Counted from the first letter of the whole stretch, positions 9,862 through 19,077 are shown. The stretch is 58,787 nucleotides of DNA, filler included, from 4 parts of 4 records of this genome joined end to end with filler, not necessarily neighbours in it, one strand, 5' to 3'. Numbers and translations: made by a program. Notes: generated by a model from the letters alone, not told the origin.

Positions 9862-11115
9862 ATGCCATCCCTTTGCCGAGATTGCCTGACCCCCTTTGAA
9901 ACCGGTGCCCGCTGTCCCGCCTGTGGGCGGCCAAGGATCGTGTCGCACCCGGAACTCTTCGACCTCTCCATCGCCCATATGGATTGCGACGCCTTTTATG
10001 CTTCGGTCGAAAAGCGCGATAACCCGGACCTGCGCGACAAGCCCGTCATCATCGGCGGCGGCAAGCGCGGCGTGGTGTCCACCGCCTGCTATATCGCGCG
10101 GATCAAGGGCGTGCGGTCCGCCATGCCGATGTTCAAGGCGCTGGAACTTTGCCCCGAAGCTGTCGTCGTGCGCGGGCGCATGGAGGTCTATGCCGCCGTG
10201 TCAAAACAGATCCGCGCGATGATGGAAGAGATGACCCCATCCATCGAACCCCTGTCGCTGGACGAGGCCTTCATGGACCTGACCGGCACCGCGCGGCTGC
10301 ATGGCCGCCCGCCTGCCGTGATGCTGGCGCGGCTGGTCAAGCGGATGAAGGACGAAATCGGCATCACCGGGTCCATCGGCCTTAGCCACAACAAATTTCT
10401 GGCCAAGATTGCCTCGGATCTCGACAAGCCGCGCGGGTTCTCGGTGATCGGACAGACCGAGACCATGGATTTTCTGGAACACAAACCGGTGCGGATGATC
10501 TGGGGCATTGGAGAGGCGGGGCAAGCCTCTCTCGACAAGGTGGGGATCCGCACATTCGCCGATCTGCGCCGGTGGGACCGCGAGGATCTGGTGGCGCGGT
10601 TCGGGTCGATGGGGGATCGGCTGTGGCATCTGGCACGAGGGCAGGACCGGCGGCACGTCAGCCGCGATGCGCCGATGAAAAGCATCTCATCCGAGACGAC
10701 GTTCTTTGAGGATACCGGCGATCCCGATTTGCTGGACGGGCACCTGTGGCGGCTGGCTGAAAAGGTGTCGGACCGGCTGAAGGCCAAGCGGCTGGCGGGG
10801 CGGGTGGTGGTGCTGAAACTGAAACGATCCGATTTCAAGCTGATCACACGGCGGCGCAGCCTGAGCGACCCCACCCAGATCGCCGACCGCATCTATCGCG
10901 CCACGAAAGAGCTGTTCGACGCCGCCCCTCATACGAAACCCTACCGACTGATCGGTGTGGGGGTGGCGGATCTGCTGTCAGAGGATATGGCCGACCGGTC
11001 CGGAAACCTTCTGGACCCGCAGGAAGCCTCCCGCATCAAGGCGGAACGCGCGGCGGATGAGATTCGCAGGAAATTCGGCGGTGATGCGATCCTGAAAGGG
11101 CGGTCATTGCGGTAG
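9862..11115 (+). CDS. dinB: DNA polymerase IV (Y family)
   Basis: HMDCDAFYASVE, STACYIAR..GVRSAMP, SLDEAF, KFLAKIASDLDKP; N-terminal CRDC/CPAC. Confidence 0.95.
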   Translation: MPSLCRDCLTPFETGARCPACGRPRIVSHPELFDLSIAHMDCDAFYASVEKRDNPDLRDKPVIIGGGKRGVVSTACYIARIKGVRSAMPMFKALELCPEAVVVRGRMEVYAAVSKQIRAMMEEMTPSIEPLSLDEAFMDLTGTARLHGRPPAVMLARLVKRMKDEIGITGSIGLSHNKFLAKIASDLDKPRGFSVIGQTETMDFLEHKPVRMIWGIGEAGQASLDKVGIRTFADLRRWDREDLVARFGSMGDRLWHLARGQDRRHVSRDAPMKSISSETTFFEDTGDPDLLDGHLWRLAEKVSDRLKAKRLAGRVVVLKLKRSDFKLITRRRSLSDPTQIADRIYRATKELFDAAPHTKPYRLIGVGVADLLSEDMADRSGNLLDPQEASRIKAERAADEIRRKFGGDAILKGRSLR

Positions 11116-11136
11116 GCGGCCCGCCAAACGGCAAGG

Positions 11137-11262
11137 ACGCGGTTTCGAAACCGCGTTCCCCGCGCGTGCGGCAAGGGCCCGGTCCATGTGTGATGCCCCG
11201 CAGGCGGATGATGGGCGCATAACGGTGCGTCCTGGCGCAAACACGCGGTTTCGAAACCGCGT
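11137..11262. repeat. Two identical 20-bp perfect palindromes ACGCGGTTTCGAAACCGCGT
   Basis: Copies at 11137-11156 and 11243-11262 between convergent genes. Confidence 0.9.
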
Positions 11263-11268
11263 CCCCCT

Positions 11269-12144
11269 CTATTCCGCCGCCATCGGCAAGGCATCTTCAC
11301 CCCGGATCATCTGCCGCAAGACCCCGGTCACCAGCTTCTTGACGCTTTGGAAGTTTCCATTCGGCCGGATCAGCTGTTCGTTCATGTAAAGCGACCGATC
11401 AATCTCGATCTGCACCGCGTGACGGCCACGCGACGGCCGTCCGTAATGCTGGGTGATATAGGCCCCGGCAAAGGGGCTGTTGCGGCTGACCACCAGCCCG
11501 GCAGCGGTAAACCCGGCCTCTAGCCGATCCACGATTCCCGCCCCGGCAGAGGCCCCGAACCGATCGCCCAGAACCACGTCGGGCCGCGCCTGACCGGGGC
11601 TGCGTGACAGCGATTCCAGTGCCTCATGCGGCATCGAATGGAAATCGAGCAGCACCGCCTCGCCGCAATCATCCAGCGACTCACGCACCAGACCTTCCAG
11701 GCAGGCGTGATAGGGATGCCAGACCTTCTCGATCCGTTCCTCGGCCTCATCCCGGCCAAGCTTGCCGCGATAGATCACCCGGCCGCCTGCGACGACACGC
11801 GGAATTACCCCAAGGCCAGAACTGATGCGCGGATTGACGACGCTGCGACGCACCCCGTCGATGACCGCCGGGTCCAGTTCATCGTTCGACCGGTTCAGGT
11901 CCAGAAAGGCGCGGGGATATTCCGCGGCCAGAAGGGGCGCGCCAAGGGCCGGTGCCTCGGCCACCAGCATATCGACAAAGGCATCCTCGGACGATCGGAT
12001 CGCCCTTTCGTCCAGAACCGTCCGGCGAATGAAGCTCCACGGATAGTGGCGGCCCGAATGAGGCGACCCGACAATCACCGACCCAACCCGGGTTTCGGGC
12101 CTTTCCAGCCGATAAGCGGCGCGATATTCGGTGGTCTCGGTCAT
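11269..12144 (-). CDS. N-formylglutamate amidohydrolase family protein
   Basis: SPHSGRHYP, EDAFVD, PRAFLDLNR, DFHSMP, LGDRFG, NSPFAGAY, QIEIDRSLY. Confidence 0.92.
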   Translation of the reverse strand: MTETTEYRAAYRLERPETRVGSVIVGSPHSGRHYPWSFIRRTVLDERAIRSSEDAFVDMLVAEAPALGAPLLAAEYPRAFLDLNRSNDELDPAVIDGVRRSVVNPRISSGLGVIPRVVAGGRVIYRGKLGRDEAEERIEKVWHPYHACLEGLVRESLDDCGEAVLLDFHSMPHEALESLSRSPGQARPDVVLGDRFGASAGAGIVDRLEAGFTAAGLVVSRNSPFAGAYITQHYGRPSRGRHAVQIEIDRSLYMNEQLIRPNGNFQSVKKLVTGVLRQMIRGEDALPMAAE

Positions 12145-12184
12145 GGGATTTATCATTACCCGAATTTTGTGCTGTCAAAAGCCC

Positions 12185-12213
12185 TTGAACACCTTCCCGA
12201 CTCCTTTTATAGA
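12185..12213 (+). promoter_or_regulatory. Sigma70-type promoter for the downstream tRNA
   Basis: TTGAAC-N17-TATAGA. Confidence 0.6.
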
Positions 12214-12280
12214 CCGCCTACCCAACGTGGCAGGGGCTGCGGCTGGCATGTATGTGTCGGCTCGGTCATTGCAATTCAGG

Positions 12281-12298
12281 GGGCGATTAGCTCAGCGG
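12281..12298 (+). tRNA. 5' fragment of a tRNA cut by the contig end (probably tRNA-Val; anticodon not visible)
   Basis: GGGCGAT-TA-GCTC-AGCGG = acceptor strand plus start of the D-arm. Confidence 0.7.
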
Positions 12299-12398
12299 NN
12301 NNNNNNNNNNNNNNNNNNNNNNNNNNNNNNNNNNNNNNNNNNTTAATTAATTAANNNNNNNNNNNNNNNNNNNNNNNNNNNNNNNNNNNNNNNNNNNN
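12299..12398. other. Artificial contig linker
   Basis: N44-TTAATTAATTAA-N44, stops in all six frames. Confidence 0.98.
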
Positions 12399-12399
12399 G

Positions 12400-12684
12400 A
12401 TCCTCGTTCTGGACGAAGCGACCTCGGCGCTGGACTCCGAGGTCGAGGCCTCGATCCAGCAGGCGCTGGACCGCGTGATGGAGGGCAAGACGGTTCTGGC
12501 GATTGCACACAGGTTGTCCACAATCTCGAGCATGGACCGGATCATCGTCCTCGACGCGGGTCGCATCGCCGAAGAGGGCACGCATGAGTCCCTTCTGGCG
12601 CAGGGCGGGCTTTACGCGCGCTACTGGGACCGGCAGTCCGGCGGATTCATCGGGGCCGACACCCTGCCGGAGGCAGCCGAATGA
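12400..12684 (+). CDS. ABC exporter ATP-binding/permease, C-terminal fragment
   Basis: [16 protein letters not shown] (Walker B/D-loop), IAHRLSTI (H-loop). Confidence 0.9.
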   Translation: MLVLDEATSALDSEVEASIQQALDRVMEGKTVLAIAHRLSTISSMDRIIVLDAGRIAEEGTHESLLAQGGLYARYWDRQSGGFIGADTLPEAAE

Positions 12685-14516
12685 TCCAGCGACTTCTGTC
12701 CTTCATCGACGCCTTCGCCCCGGCCGAGGGCACGCCGCCGCGCGACGTCTGGCCCTTCGCGCGCTGGGCGCTGCATGGCGCCTGGCCGGCGATCTGGACC
12801 GCAACCTTCATCACCCTGCTGACCGGCGTTGCGGAACTGGTCTCGGCGCGCTTCACCGGCTGGGTGGTGGATGCGGCGGCGGCACAGGGGCCGGGCGGCT
12901 ACTGGGGCCCCTATGCGGCGCTGATCGTCTTCGGCCTACTGTTCTTCCTGCTGATCCGCCCGCTGATCGTGCTGGCGGATGCGGCGGTGTCCTCCGTCAG
13001 CCTCGGCCCCAACCTCTACCCGCTCGTCCTCAGCCGGGTGAACCGCTACACGCTGGGGCATTCGCTGTCCTACTTCGACAATGACTTCGCCGGGCGCATC
13101 AGCCAGAAGGCGACGCAGGTGGCGCGGGGCCTCAACGACCTCGTGAACGAGATGACGGATGTGCTGGTCTATGCCGCCGCCATGTTCATCGGGACCTTCT
13201 TCCTGCTGGCGGGCATCGACCCGCGTCTGCTGCTGATCTTCACCGGCTGGTTCGTGGTCTACGCGCTGTTCCTGCGGCTGATGATCCCCAAGATGCGGCA
13301 CCTTGCGCGCGAGCGGGCCGATGCCAACACGCTGGTGACGGGGCAGATCGTCGACACGCTGTCCAACATCGCGACGGTGAAGCTCTTCGCCCACGACACG
13401 CGCGAGGATGAGGCCACGCGCGCCACGCTGGTGCGCTGGCGCGGCAAGGCGCGCGACTTCGGCGTGATTTCGGCGCTGTTCCGGCTGGGGCTGATGACGC
13501 TGGGCGGGCTGCTGCCGCTGATGGCGATCCTGTCCTCGCTGTACCTCTATTCCATCGGCGCCGCCTCTTCGGGCGACATCGCCATGACCGCGATGCTGAC
13601 GACGCGTCTGGCGATGCTGACGAACCGGCTGGGCCGCACCGCCATGTCCATCTTCACCAACATCGGCGTGGTGGCGGACGGCATCGGTACGCTGACCCCG
13701 CCGCATGCCATCACCGACCGCCCCGGCGCGCGGGACGAGGCGCGCGGCGGCAGCCTGCGGTTCGAGCATCTCACCTTCCGCTATGGCGGCAAGCAGGCCG
13801 CGCTGAACGACTTTGACCTGACCGTGAAGCAGGGCGAGAAGATCGCGCTGGTCGGGGCCTCCGGCGCGGGCAAATCCACGGTGATCGGCCTTCTGCTGCG
13901 GCTTTACGACGTCGAAGAGGGGCGCGTCCTGCTGGGCGGCGACGACATCCGCGACCTGACGCAGGCGGGGCTGCGGCGCGCGGTGTCGGTGGTGCGGCAG
14001 GAGACGTCGATGTTCAACCGCTCGGCGCTGGAGAACATCCGCTACGGGCGGCCCGATGCCACCGACGAAGAGGTCTTCGACGCCGCGCGGCGCGCCTCGG
14101 CCCATGATTTCATCCAGGATCTGCGCGATCACCGGGGCCGCGAAGGCTATGACGCGCGTCTGGGAGAGCGCGGCGTCAAGCTGTCCGGTGGCCAGAGGCA
14201 GCGCATCGCGCTGGCCCGCGCGATCCTGAAGGACGCGCCGGTGCTGGTTCTGGACGAGGCGACGAGCGCGCTGGATTCCGAGGTCGAGGCAGAGATTCAG
14301 GACGCGCTGGACGTGGTGATGCGGGGCAAGACCGTCATCGCGGTTGCACACAGGTTGTCCACAATCGCGCGGATGGACCGGATCATCGTGATGGAGCAGG
14401 GCCGCATCGTCGAGCAGGGCACCCACGACGCGCTTCTGTCCAGACGCGGGGTCTATGCCCGCTACTGGTCGCGGCAGTCCGGCGGCTTTCTTGGGGCGCA
14501 GGACGCCGCGGAATGA
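12681..14516 (+). CDS. ABC exporter, fused TMD-NBD (MdlB/MsbA-like)
   Basis: Multi-TM N-domain, [37 protein letters not shown] overlap with the upstream paralog. Confidence 0.95.
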   Translation: MIQRLLSFIDAFAPAEGTPPRDVWPFARWALHGAWPAIWTATFITLLTGVAELVSARFTGWVVDAAAAQGPGGYWGPYAALIVFGLLFFLLIRPLIVLADAAVSSVSLGPNLYPLVLSRVNRYTLGHSLSYFDNDFAGRISQKATQVARGLNDLVNEMTDVLVYAAAMFIGTFFLLAGIDPRLLLIFTGWFVVYALFLRLMIPKMRHLARERADANTLVTGQIVDTLSNIATVKLFAHDTREDEATRATLVRWRGKARDFGVISALFRLGLMTLGGLLPLMAILSSLYLYSIGAASSGDIAMTAMLTTRLAMLTNRLGRTAMSIFTNIGVVADGIGTLTPPHAITDRPGARDEARGGSLRFEHLTFRYGGKQAALNDFDLTVKQGEKIALVGASGAGKSTVIGLLLRLYDVEEGRVLLGGDDIRDLTQAGLRRAVSVVRQETSMFNRSALENIRYGRPDATDEEVFDAARRASAHDFIQDLRDHRGREGYDARLGERGVKLSGGQRQRIALARAILKDAPVLVLDEATSALDSEVEAEIQDALDVVMRGKTVIAVAHRLSTIARMDRIIVMEQGRIVEQGTHDALLSRRGVYARYWSRQSGGFLGAQDAAE

Positions 14517-14649
14517 AACGCGTGATGATCGTCGGCCAGCCGGGCGCGGGGCCCGGTCGCTGGGGCAGCGAACCGGGCTGCTGACCGCGCCCCGCGCCGT
14601 GCGGCGTTTTCTGCGGGATCTCGACAGCGGGGCCGTGTCGGGGCAATAG
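14513..14649 (+). pseudogene. Internally deleted remnant of a FlaR-like/adenylate-kinase-related P-loop protein
   Basis: [13 protein letters not shown] breaks off before the Walker A KST; another frame gives ...LLTAPRAVRRFLRDL...stop. Confidence 0.65.
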
Positions 14650-14655
14650 GGCCTC

Positions 14656-15900
14656 ATGGAACAAGGCAGCACAGAAGCGACCGGCGTCACCATCGAACGT
14701 CTGGGCCATCGCGGCGACGGGATCGCGGCGGGGCCGATCTATGTCCCCGGCGCCCTTCCCGGCGAGGTGGTCGAGGGCACCGTCCTGAACGGCGTCCTCG
14801 CGGCGCCCCGGATCGTCACACCCTCGGTCGACCGGGTGTCCCCGCCCTGCCGCCATGCCAAGGCCTGCGGCGGGTGCCAGTTGCAGCACGCCTCCGACAG
14901 CTTCGTGGCCGAGTGGAAGGTGGACGTGATCCGCCGCGCCCTGACCGCGCAGGGGCTGGAGACAGAGATCCGCCCCATCGCGACCTCTCCGCGCCAGTCC
15001 CGTCGCCGCGCCGCCTTTTCCGCGCGGCGGACCAAGAAGGGCGCGCTGGCGGGCTTTCACCGCAAGGCGTCGGACGTGGTGGTCGAAGTGCCCGACTGCA
15101 TTCTCGTGACCCCTGCCCTTGCCGCGGCCCTGCCCTTGGTCGAGGCGCTGGCCGTGCTTGGCGCCTCGCGCAAGGGCGAGCTGTCGGTGCTGGTGACCGA
15201 TTGCGCCTCGGGGCTGGACGTCGCCGTCAAAGGGGGCAAGCCTCTCGACCCTGCCCTGCGGGCGGATCTGGCTCGGCTGGCGCAAGAACATGGCCTCTCG
15301 CGGTTGGCGTGGGAGGACGAGACGCTGGCCTTCAAGCCCGCCTTCCAGCGGTTCGAGGGCATCGACGTGGTTCCGCCGCCCGGAGCCTTCCTTCAGGCGA
15401 CCGAAGCCGGGGAGCAGGCCCTGCGCGAAGGGGTCGACGAGGCCCTTGCGGGTTGTACACATCTTGTCGACCTCTTCGCCGGATGCGGGACCTTTGCCCT
15501 GCCGCTGGCGAAGCGCGCCCGGGTCCACGCGGTCGAGGGCGACGCCAGCATGGTCCGCGCACTCGACCACGGCTGGCGGCAGGCGCAGGGTCTGCGCCAT
15601 GTCACCCACGCGGCGCGCGACCTGTTCCGCAACCCGCTGCTGCCGGACGAGTTGAAACGCTTCGACGGGGTGGTGATCGACCCGCCGCGCGCGGGCGCCG
15701 AGGCGCAGGTGGCCGAGATCGCAAGCGCGCGCGTGCCGAAAATCGCCCATGTCTCGTGCAATCCCGTCACCTTCGCGCGCGACTGCGCGACGCTGGTGGC
15801 GGCGGGCTATCGCCTCGACTGGGTCATGCCGGTTGACCAGTTCCGCTGGTCCACCCATGTGGAGGTCGTCTCTGCCCTTTCGCTTCAGGACCGCTCATGA
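14656..15900 (+). CDS. RlmD/TrmA-family RNA m5U methyltransferase
   Basis: TRAM-like start, CRHAKACGGC Fe-S motif, FLQ, DLFAGCGTF, DPPRAG, VSCNPVTFARD. Confidence 0.92.
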   Translation: MEQGSTEATGVTIERLGHRGDGIAAGPIYVPGALPGEVVEGTVLNGVLAAPRIVTPSVDRVSPPCRHAKACGGCQLQHASDSFVAEWKVDVIRRALTAQGLETEIRPIATSPRQSRRRAAFSARRTKKGALAGFHRKASDVVVEVPDCILVTPALAAALPLVEALAVLGASRKGELSVLVTDCASGLDVAVKGGKPLDPALRADLARLAQEHGLSRLAWEDETLAFKPAFQRFEGIDVVPPPGAFLQATEAGEQALREGVDEALAGCTHLVDLFAGCGTFALPLAKRARVHAVEGDASMVRALDHGWRQAQGLRHVTHAARDLFRNPLLPDELKRFDGVVIDPPRAGAEAQVAEIASARVPKIAHVSCNPVTFARDCATLVAAGYRLDWVMPVDQFRWSTHVEVVSALSLQDRS

Positions 15901-16703
15901 CCCTTCGCCACCGGATCGGCGCCTTCGTCGATCGACCCGCCGTGCAGACTTTCATCATCGGCGTGATCCTCGTGAACGCCGTCCTGCTGGGGATGGAGAC
16001 CTCGGATCATCTGATGGCCCGGGCCGGCGGCCTGATCCGCACGCTGGACCTGATCTGCCTCGGCATCTTCATCGTGGAAATCGGCCTGAAGATGGTGGCA
16101 CGCGGCCCGGCCTTCTTCCGCAACGGCTGGAACGTCTTCGACTTCACCGTCGTGGGAATCGCGCTGGTGCCGGCGGCGCAGGGGCTGTCGGTGCTGCGGG
16201 CCTTGCGCATCCTGCGGGTGCTGCGGGTGATCTCTGTCGCGCCGCGCCTGCGCCGCGTGGTCGAGGGCTTCATCACCGCCCTGCCCGGCATGGCCTCTGT
16301 CTTCCTGCTGATGGCGATCATCTTCTACATCGGCTCCGTCATCTCGACCAAGCTGTTCGGAGAGGCCTTCCCCGACTGGTTCGGCAACCTGCCCCTGTCC
16401 GCCTATTCGCTGTTCCAGATCATGACGCTGGAATCGTGGTCCATGGGAATCGTGCGCCCGGTGATGGAGGTCTATCCCTACGCTTGGGCCTTCTTCGTGC
16501 CCTTCATCATGATCACCACCTTCGCGGTGGTGAACCTGCTGGTGGGCCTGATCGTGAACTCCATGCAGGACGCCCACGCCGAGGAAACAAATGCCGCCAC
16601 GGGCACCTATCGCGACGAGGTTCTGGCCCGGCTGGAGGGGATCGAGCGGCGCCTGGCGGAGCAGTCTGGCGATAATGTGATGTTAACCAAGCCCCGCGAA
16701 TAG
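15897..16703 (+). CDS. Bacterial voltage-gated sodium channel (NaChBac/BacNav family)
   Basis: WNVFDF (S3), RALRILRVLRV (S4), filter TLESWSMGIVRP, S6 VVNLLVGLIVNSM. Confidence 0.93.
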   Translation: MTLRHRIGAFVDRPAVQTFIIGVILVNAVLLGMETSDHLMARAGGLIRTLDLICLGIFIVEIGLKMVARGPAFFRNGWNVFDFTVVGIALVPAAQGLSVLRALRILRVLRVISVAPRLRRVVEGFITALPGMASVFLLMAIIFYIGSVISTKLFGEAFPDWFGNLPLSAYSLFQIMTLESWSMGIVRPVMEVYPYAWAFFVPFIMITTFAVVNLLVGLIVNSMQDAHAEETNAATGTYRDEVLARLEGIERRLAEQSGDNVMLTKPRE

Positions 16704-16739
16704 TGTATCGTACCCAAAAACATCCATGGGGCAGTGGAC

Positions 16740-17237
16740 ATGCGATTCATCAAGGTTTTCTTGATTCTGGCGGTGATGCTTGGCGTCTCGGCCTGCAGCA
16801 GCAAATTCAAGACGTATCACGGGCCGGAGGTCACGCAGGTCGTCGTCAACAAGAGCGACCGCAAGATGTACCTTCTGCACCACAATCAGGTGCTGAAGGC
16901 CTATGACGTTGGTCTGGGCTTTGCGCCCGCCGGTCACAAGGCGTTCGAGGGCGACGGGCGCACGCCCGAGGGCGATTACACGATCGACCGGCGCAATCCG
17001 AACAGCAAGTTCTACCTCTCCATCGGGATCAACTACCCGAACGAGGCCGACGCCGCGCTGGCCAAGGCGCTGAACAAGCGGCCCGGTGGAGACATCTTCA
17101 TCCACGGGCAGGGTGACGGCTATCGGCGCGGCGCGCCGCGCGACTGGACGGCGGGCTGCATCGCGATCACCGACAAGCAGATGCGGGACGTCTACGCGAT
17201 GGTGAAGGACGGAACGCCGATCCGGATCAATCCCTAG
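16740..17237 (+). CDS. YafK/DpaA-like L,D-transpeptidase-family lipoprotein
   Basis: Lipobox VSAC; EGDGRTPEG, NPNSKFYLS..YPN, IFIHG...WTAGCI. Confidence 0.85.
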   Translation: MRFIKVFLILAVMLGVSACSSKFKTYHGPEVTQVVVNKSDRKMYLLHHNQVLKAYDVGLGFAPAGHKAFEGDGRTPEGDYTIDRRNPNSKFYLSIGINYPNEADAALAKALNKRPGGDIFIHGQGDGYRRGAPRDWTAGCIAITDKQMRDVYAMVKDGTPIRINP

Positions 17238-17263
17238 ACCGCTGGCCTCTTTGGCCGGATACG

Positions 17264-17297
17264 AAAAAAGCCGCCCCCATGGGCGGCTTTTCTTTTT
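17264..17297. terminator. Bidirectional terminator
   Basis: AAAAAAGCCGCCC-CCAT-GGGCGGCTTTTCTTTTT between convergent genes. Confidence 0.9.
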
Positions 17298-17321
17298 GCG
17301 GTTCCCGGAGAAGTCCGGCGA

Positions 17322-17891
17322 TCAGCCGAAGTTCGCGGCCATGGCGGCGGGCTGCGGTGCCACGCCAGAGCCGGGGGCGCCGACGACCATCGTCCACCAG
17401 ATCTTGCCGTTGCTTTCCTGATGCCAGGAGAACCCCATCTCATGCGCGTCCTTGTCGAGGATCACGTCGCGGGTGTGCGATTCCTCCATCCAGGCGGCGA
17501 GGGTTTCCAGCTCTGTCTCGTAGGTCTCCGAGATGTTCTCGCCCACGAGCCGCCCGCTGTAGCCCACGCGGTTGATCCGGTCGATCGGCGAAGAGCCGTC
17601 GGAGCCGAAGTGCCAGGGCCGGTTCTGCAGCGCCATGTCGCGCGAATGCGTCGCGGCGGCGGCGTTCAGGGTCGAACTCAGCGTCAGGGCCGGGGCGCCC
17701 GCGCTTTGCCGCAGGGCGTTCACCGCGTCGAGCATCCGGTACTGGATGCGGCCGGTGTCGCCGGACCCGATGCGGTAGACCTTGGGCAGCGGGCGCCCGT
17801 CCGGCCCCATCTGGGCCGGCGCCGATGGCGTCGTGGTACAGGCGGACAGGGCATAGGCGGAGGCAAGGGCGATGAAGGCGCGGCGGTTCAT
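17322..17891 (-). CDS. CAP (SCP/PR-1) domain lipoprotein with Tat-like signal
   Basis: MNRRAF...LSAC; VNALR, LNAAAATHSRDM, HFGSDGS, GENI, WMxxxxR. Confidence 0.88.
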   Translation of the reverse strand: MNRRAFIALASAYALSACTTTPSAPAQMGPDGRPLPKVYRIGSGDTGRIQYRMLDAVNALRQSAGAPALTLSSTLNAAAATHSRDMALQNRPWHFGSDGSSPIDRINRVGYSGRLVGENISETYETELETLAAWMEESHTRDVILDKDAHEMGFSWHQESNGKIWWTMVVGAPGSGVAPQPAAMAANFG

Positions 17892-18061
17892 GATCAGCTT
17901 TCGGGCTTATTCCGGGTCACCTTCCGCCTTACCCAATGCAGCGTTGCCATTCAAACCCACATCGGCGTGAGCTTGCCCGATCAAGCGCCTTTGAATTGCG
18001 ACTGAGGCATTCAGGCCATATTATCCCCAGGTAAAGCATGAATCCCCGAGAGGACACAGCC

Positions 18062-18658
18062 ATGAAGGACGAGGCCAACAAGGCTCTTGGCCGCCGCGCG
18101 TTCCTCGCTGGCTCCGCTGCGCTGATCGGCGCACCGGCTCTGGCGCAGGACATCAATTCCGGCACGACAGAGATCGAGCGCACTGTCACCGACGTGGTGC
18201 GCCGCAACATCTCCAGCTTCCGCACGCTGGACTGGCGACCCTATTTCAACAACCTGAACAACGGCGCGATCCTGGTCGACATCAGCTCGCGCGCGTTGCA
18301 CTTCTGGCAGGAAAGCGGGCAGTACTACCTGTACCCCTCTTCGGTGCCCCTGACGGAGGACCTGACCCGGCGCGGCCGCACCTCGGTCACGCTGAAGGAT
18401 CCGTCGCCGTCGTGGCGCCCGACCCCGTCGATGAAGAAGCGCAACCCGGAATGGCCGGATTTCGTCGGTCCCGGCCCGGACAACCCGCTTGGCACCCGCG
18501 CCCTGCATCTCAGCTGGACCTACTACCGCATCCACGGCACGCATGACACGCGCAAGATCGGCCGCCGGTCGTCCAACGGCTGCATCGGGCTTTACAACGA
18601 GCACATCGAGCAACTGTACGAGATGGCGCGGGTCGGCACGCAGGTGTTGCTGATTTGA
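18062..18658 (+). CDS. ErfK/YbiS-type L,D-transpeptidase with Tat signal
   Basis: GRRAFL; PSWRPT, GPDNPLGTRAL, YRIHGT...SSNGCI. Confidence 0.92.
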   Translation: MKDEANKALGRRAFLAGSAALIGAPALAQDINSGTTEIERTVTDVVRRNISSFRTLDWRPYFNNLNNGAILVDISSRALHFWQESGQYYLYPSSVPLTEDLTRRGRTSVTLKDPSPSWRPTPSMKKRNPEWPDFVGPGPDNPLGTRALHLSWTYYRIHGTHDTRKIGRRSSNGCIGLYNEHIEQLYEMARVGTQVLLI

Positions 18659-18806
18659 CGACAGCAAGGCTGACATGAATTTCCGGCGCTGATTCATCAA
18701 TTGCAAAGCTTCGGGAATGCTGGTTAGAGAGAGTTACGAGGTAAGTCTTGGGTGCCTGTCGTGCGGATAACTGTGTCCGGCGACAGGCGAATATCTGGAG
18801 GATATC

Positions 18807-18998
18807 ATGAAGAAACTCGCTCTCGCCGCCGTTCTCACCGGTGCAGCATCGACCGCAATGGCCGGTTCCTACGCAAAAGACGACGTGGTCATGGAGCCCG
18901 TCGTCGTTGTGGAAGAGACCCAGCAGTCGTCGTCCTCGGCCGGGATCCTGATCCCGCTGCTGCTGATCGCGATCGTGGCCGCTGCTGCAGCCGACTGA
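18807..18998 (+). CDS. Small secreted protein with C-terminal hydrophobic helix, function unknown
   Basis: GGAGGA RBS; Sec signal MKKLALAAVLTGAASTAMA; acidic linker; GILIPLLLIAIVAAAAA; own terminator. Confidence 0.85.
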   Translation: MKKLALAAVLTGAASTAMAGSYAKDDVVMEPVVVVEETQQSSSSAGILIPLLLIAIVAAAAAD

Positions 18999-19021
18999 TC
19001 GGTCCGGCACATACAAAACGG

Positions 19022-19050
19022 AAAAGGCGGGGTGACGACCCCGCCTTTTT
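19022..19050. terminator. Bidirectional terminator
   Basis: AAAAGGCGGGGT-GACG-ACCCCGCCTTTTT. Confidence 0.9.
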
Positions 19051-19077
19051 CATGTGTACCGTCCGGGTTCGGGCGGG

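Noticed and set aside
11137-11262. Mini CRISPR array
   Set aside because: Only two 20-bp repeats, an 86-bp spacer and no cas genes
12299-12398. TTAATTAATTAA within N-runs (also 32444-32543 and 47513-47612) as a biological repeat
   Set aside because: Identical 100-nt six-frame-stop linker; ORFs ending in XXXLIN are artefacts
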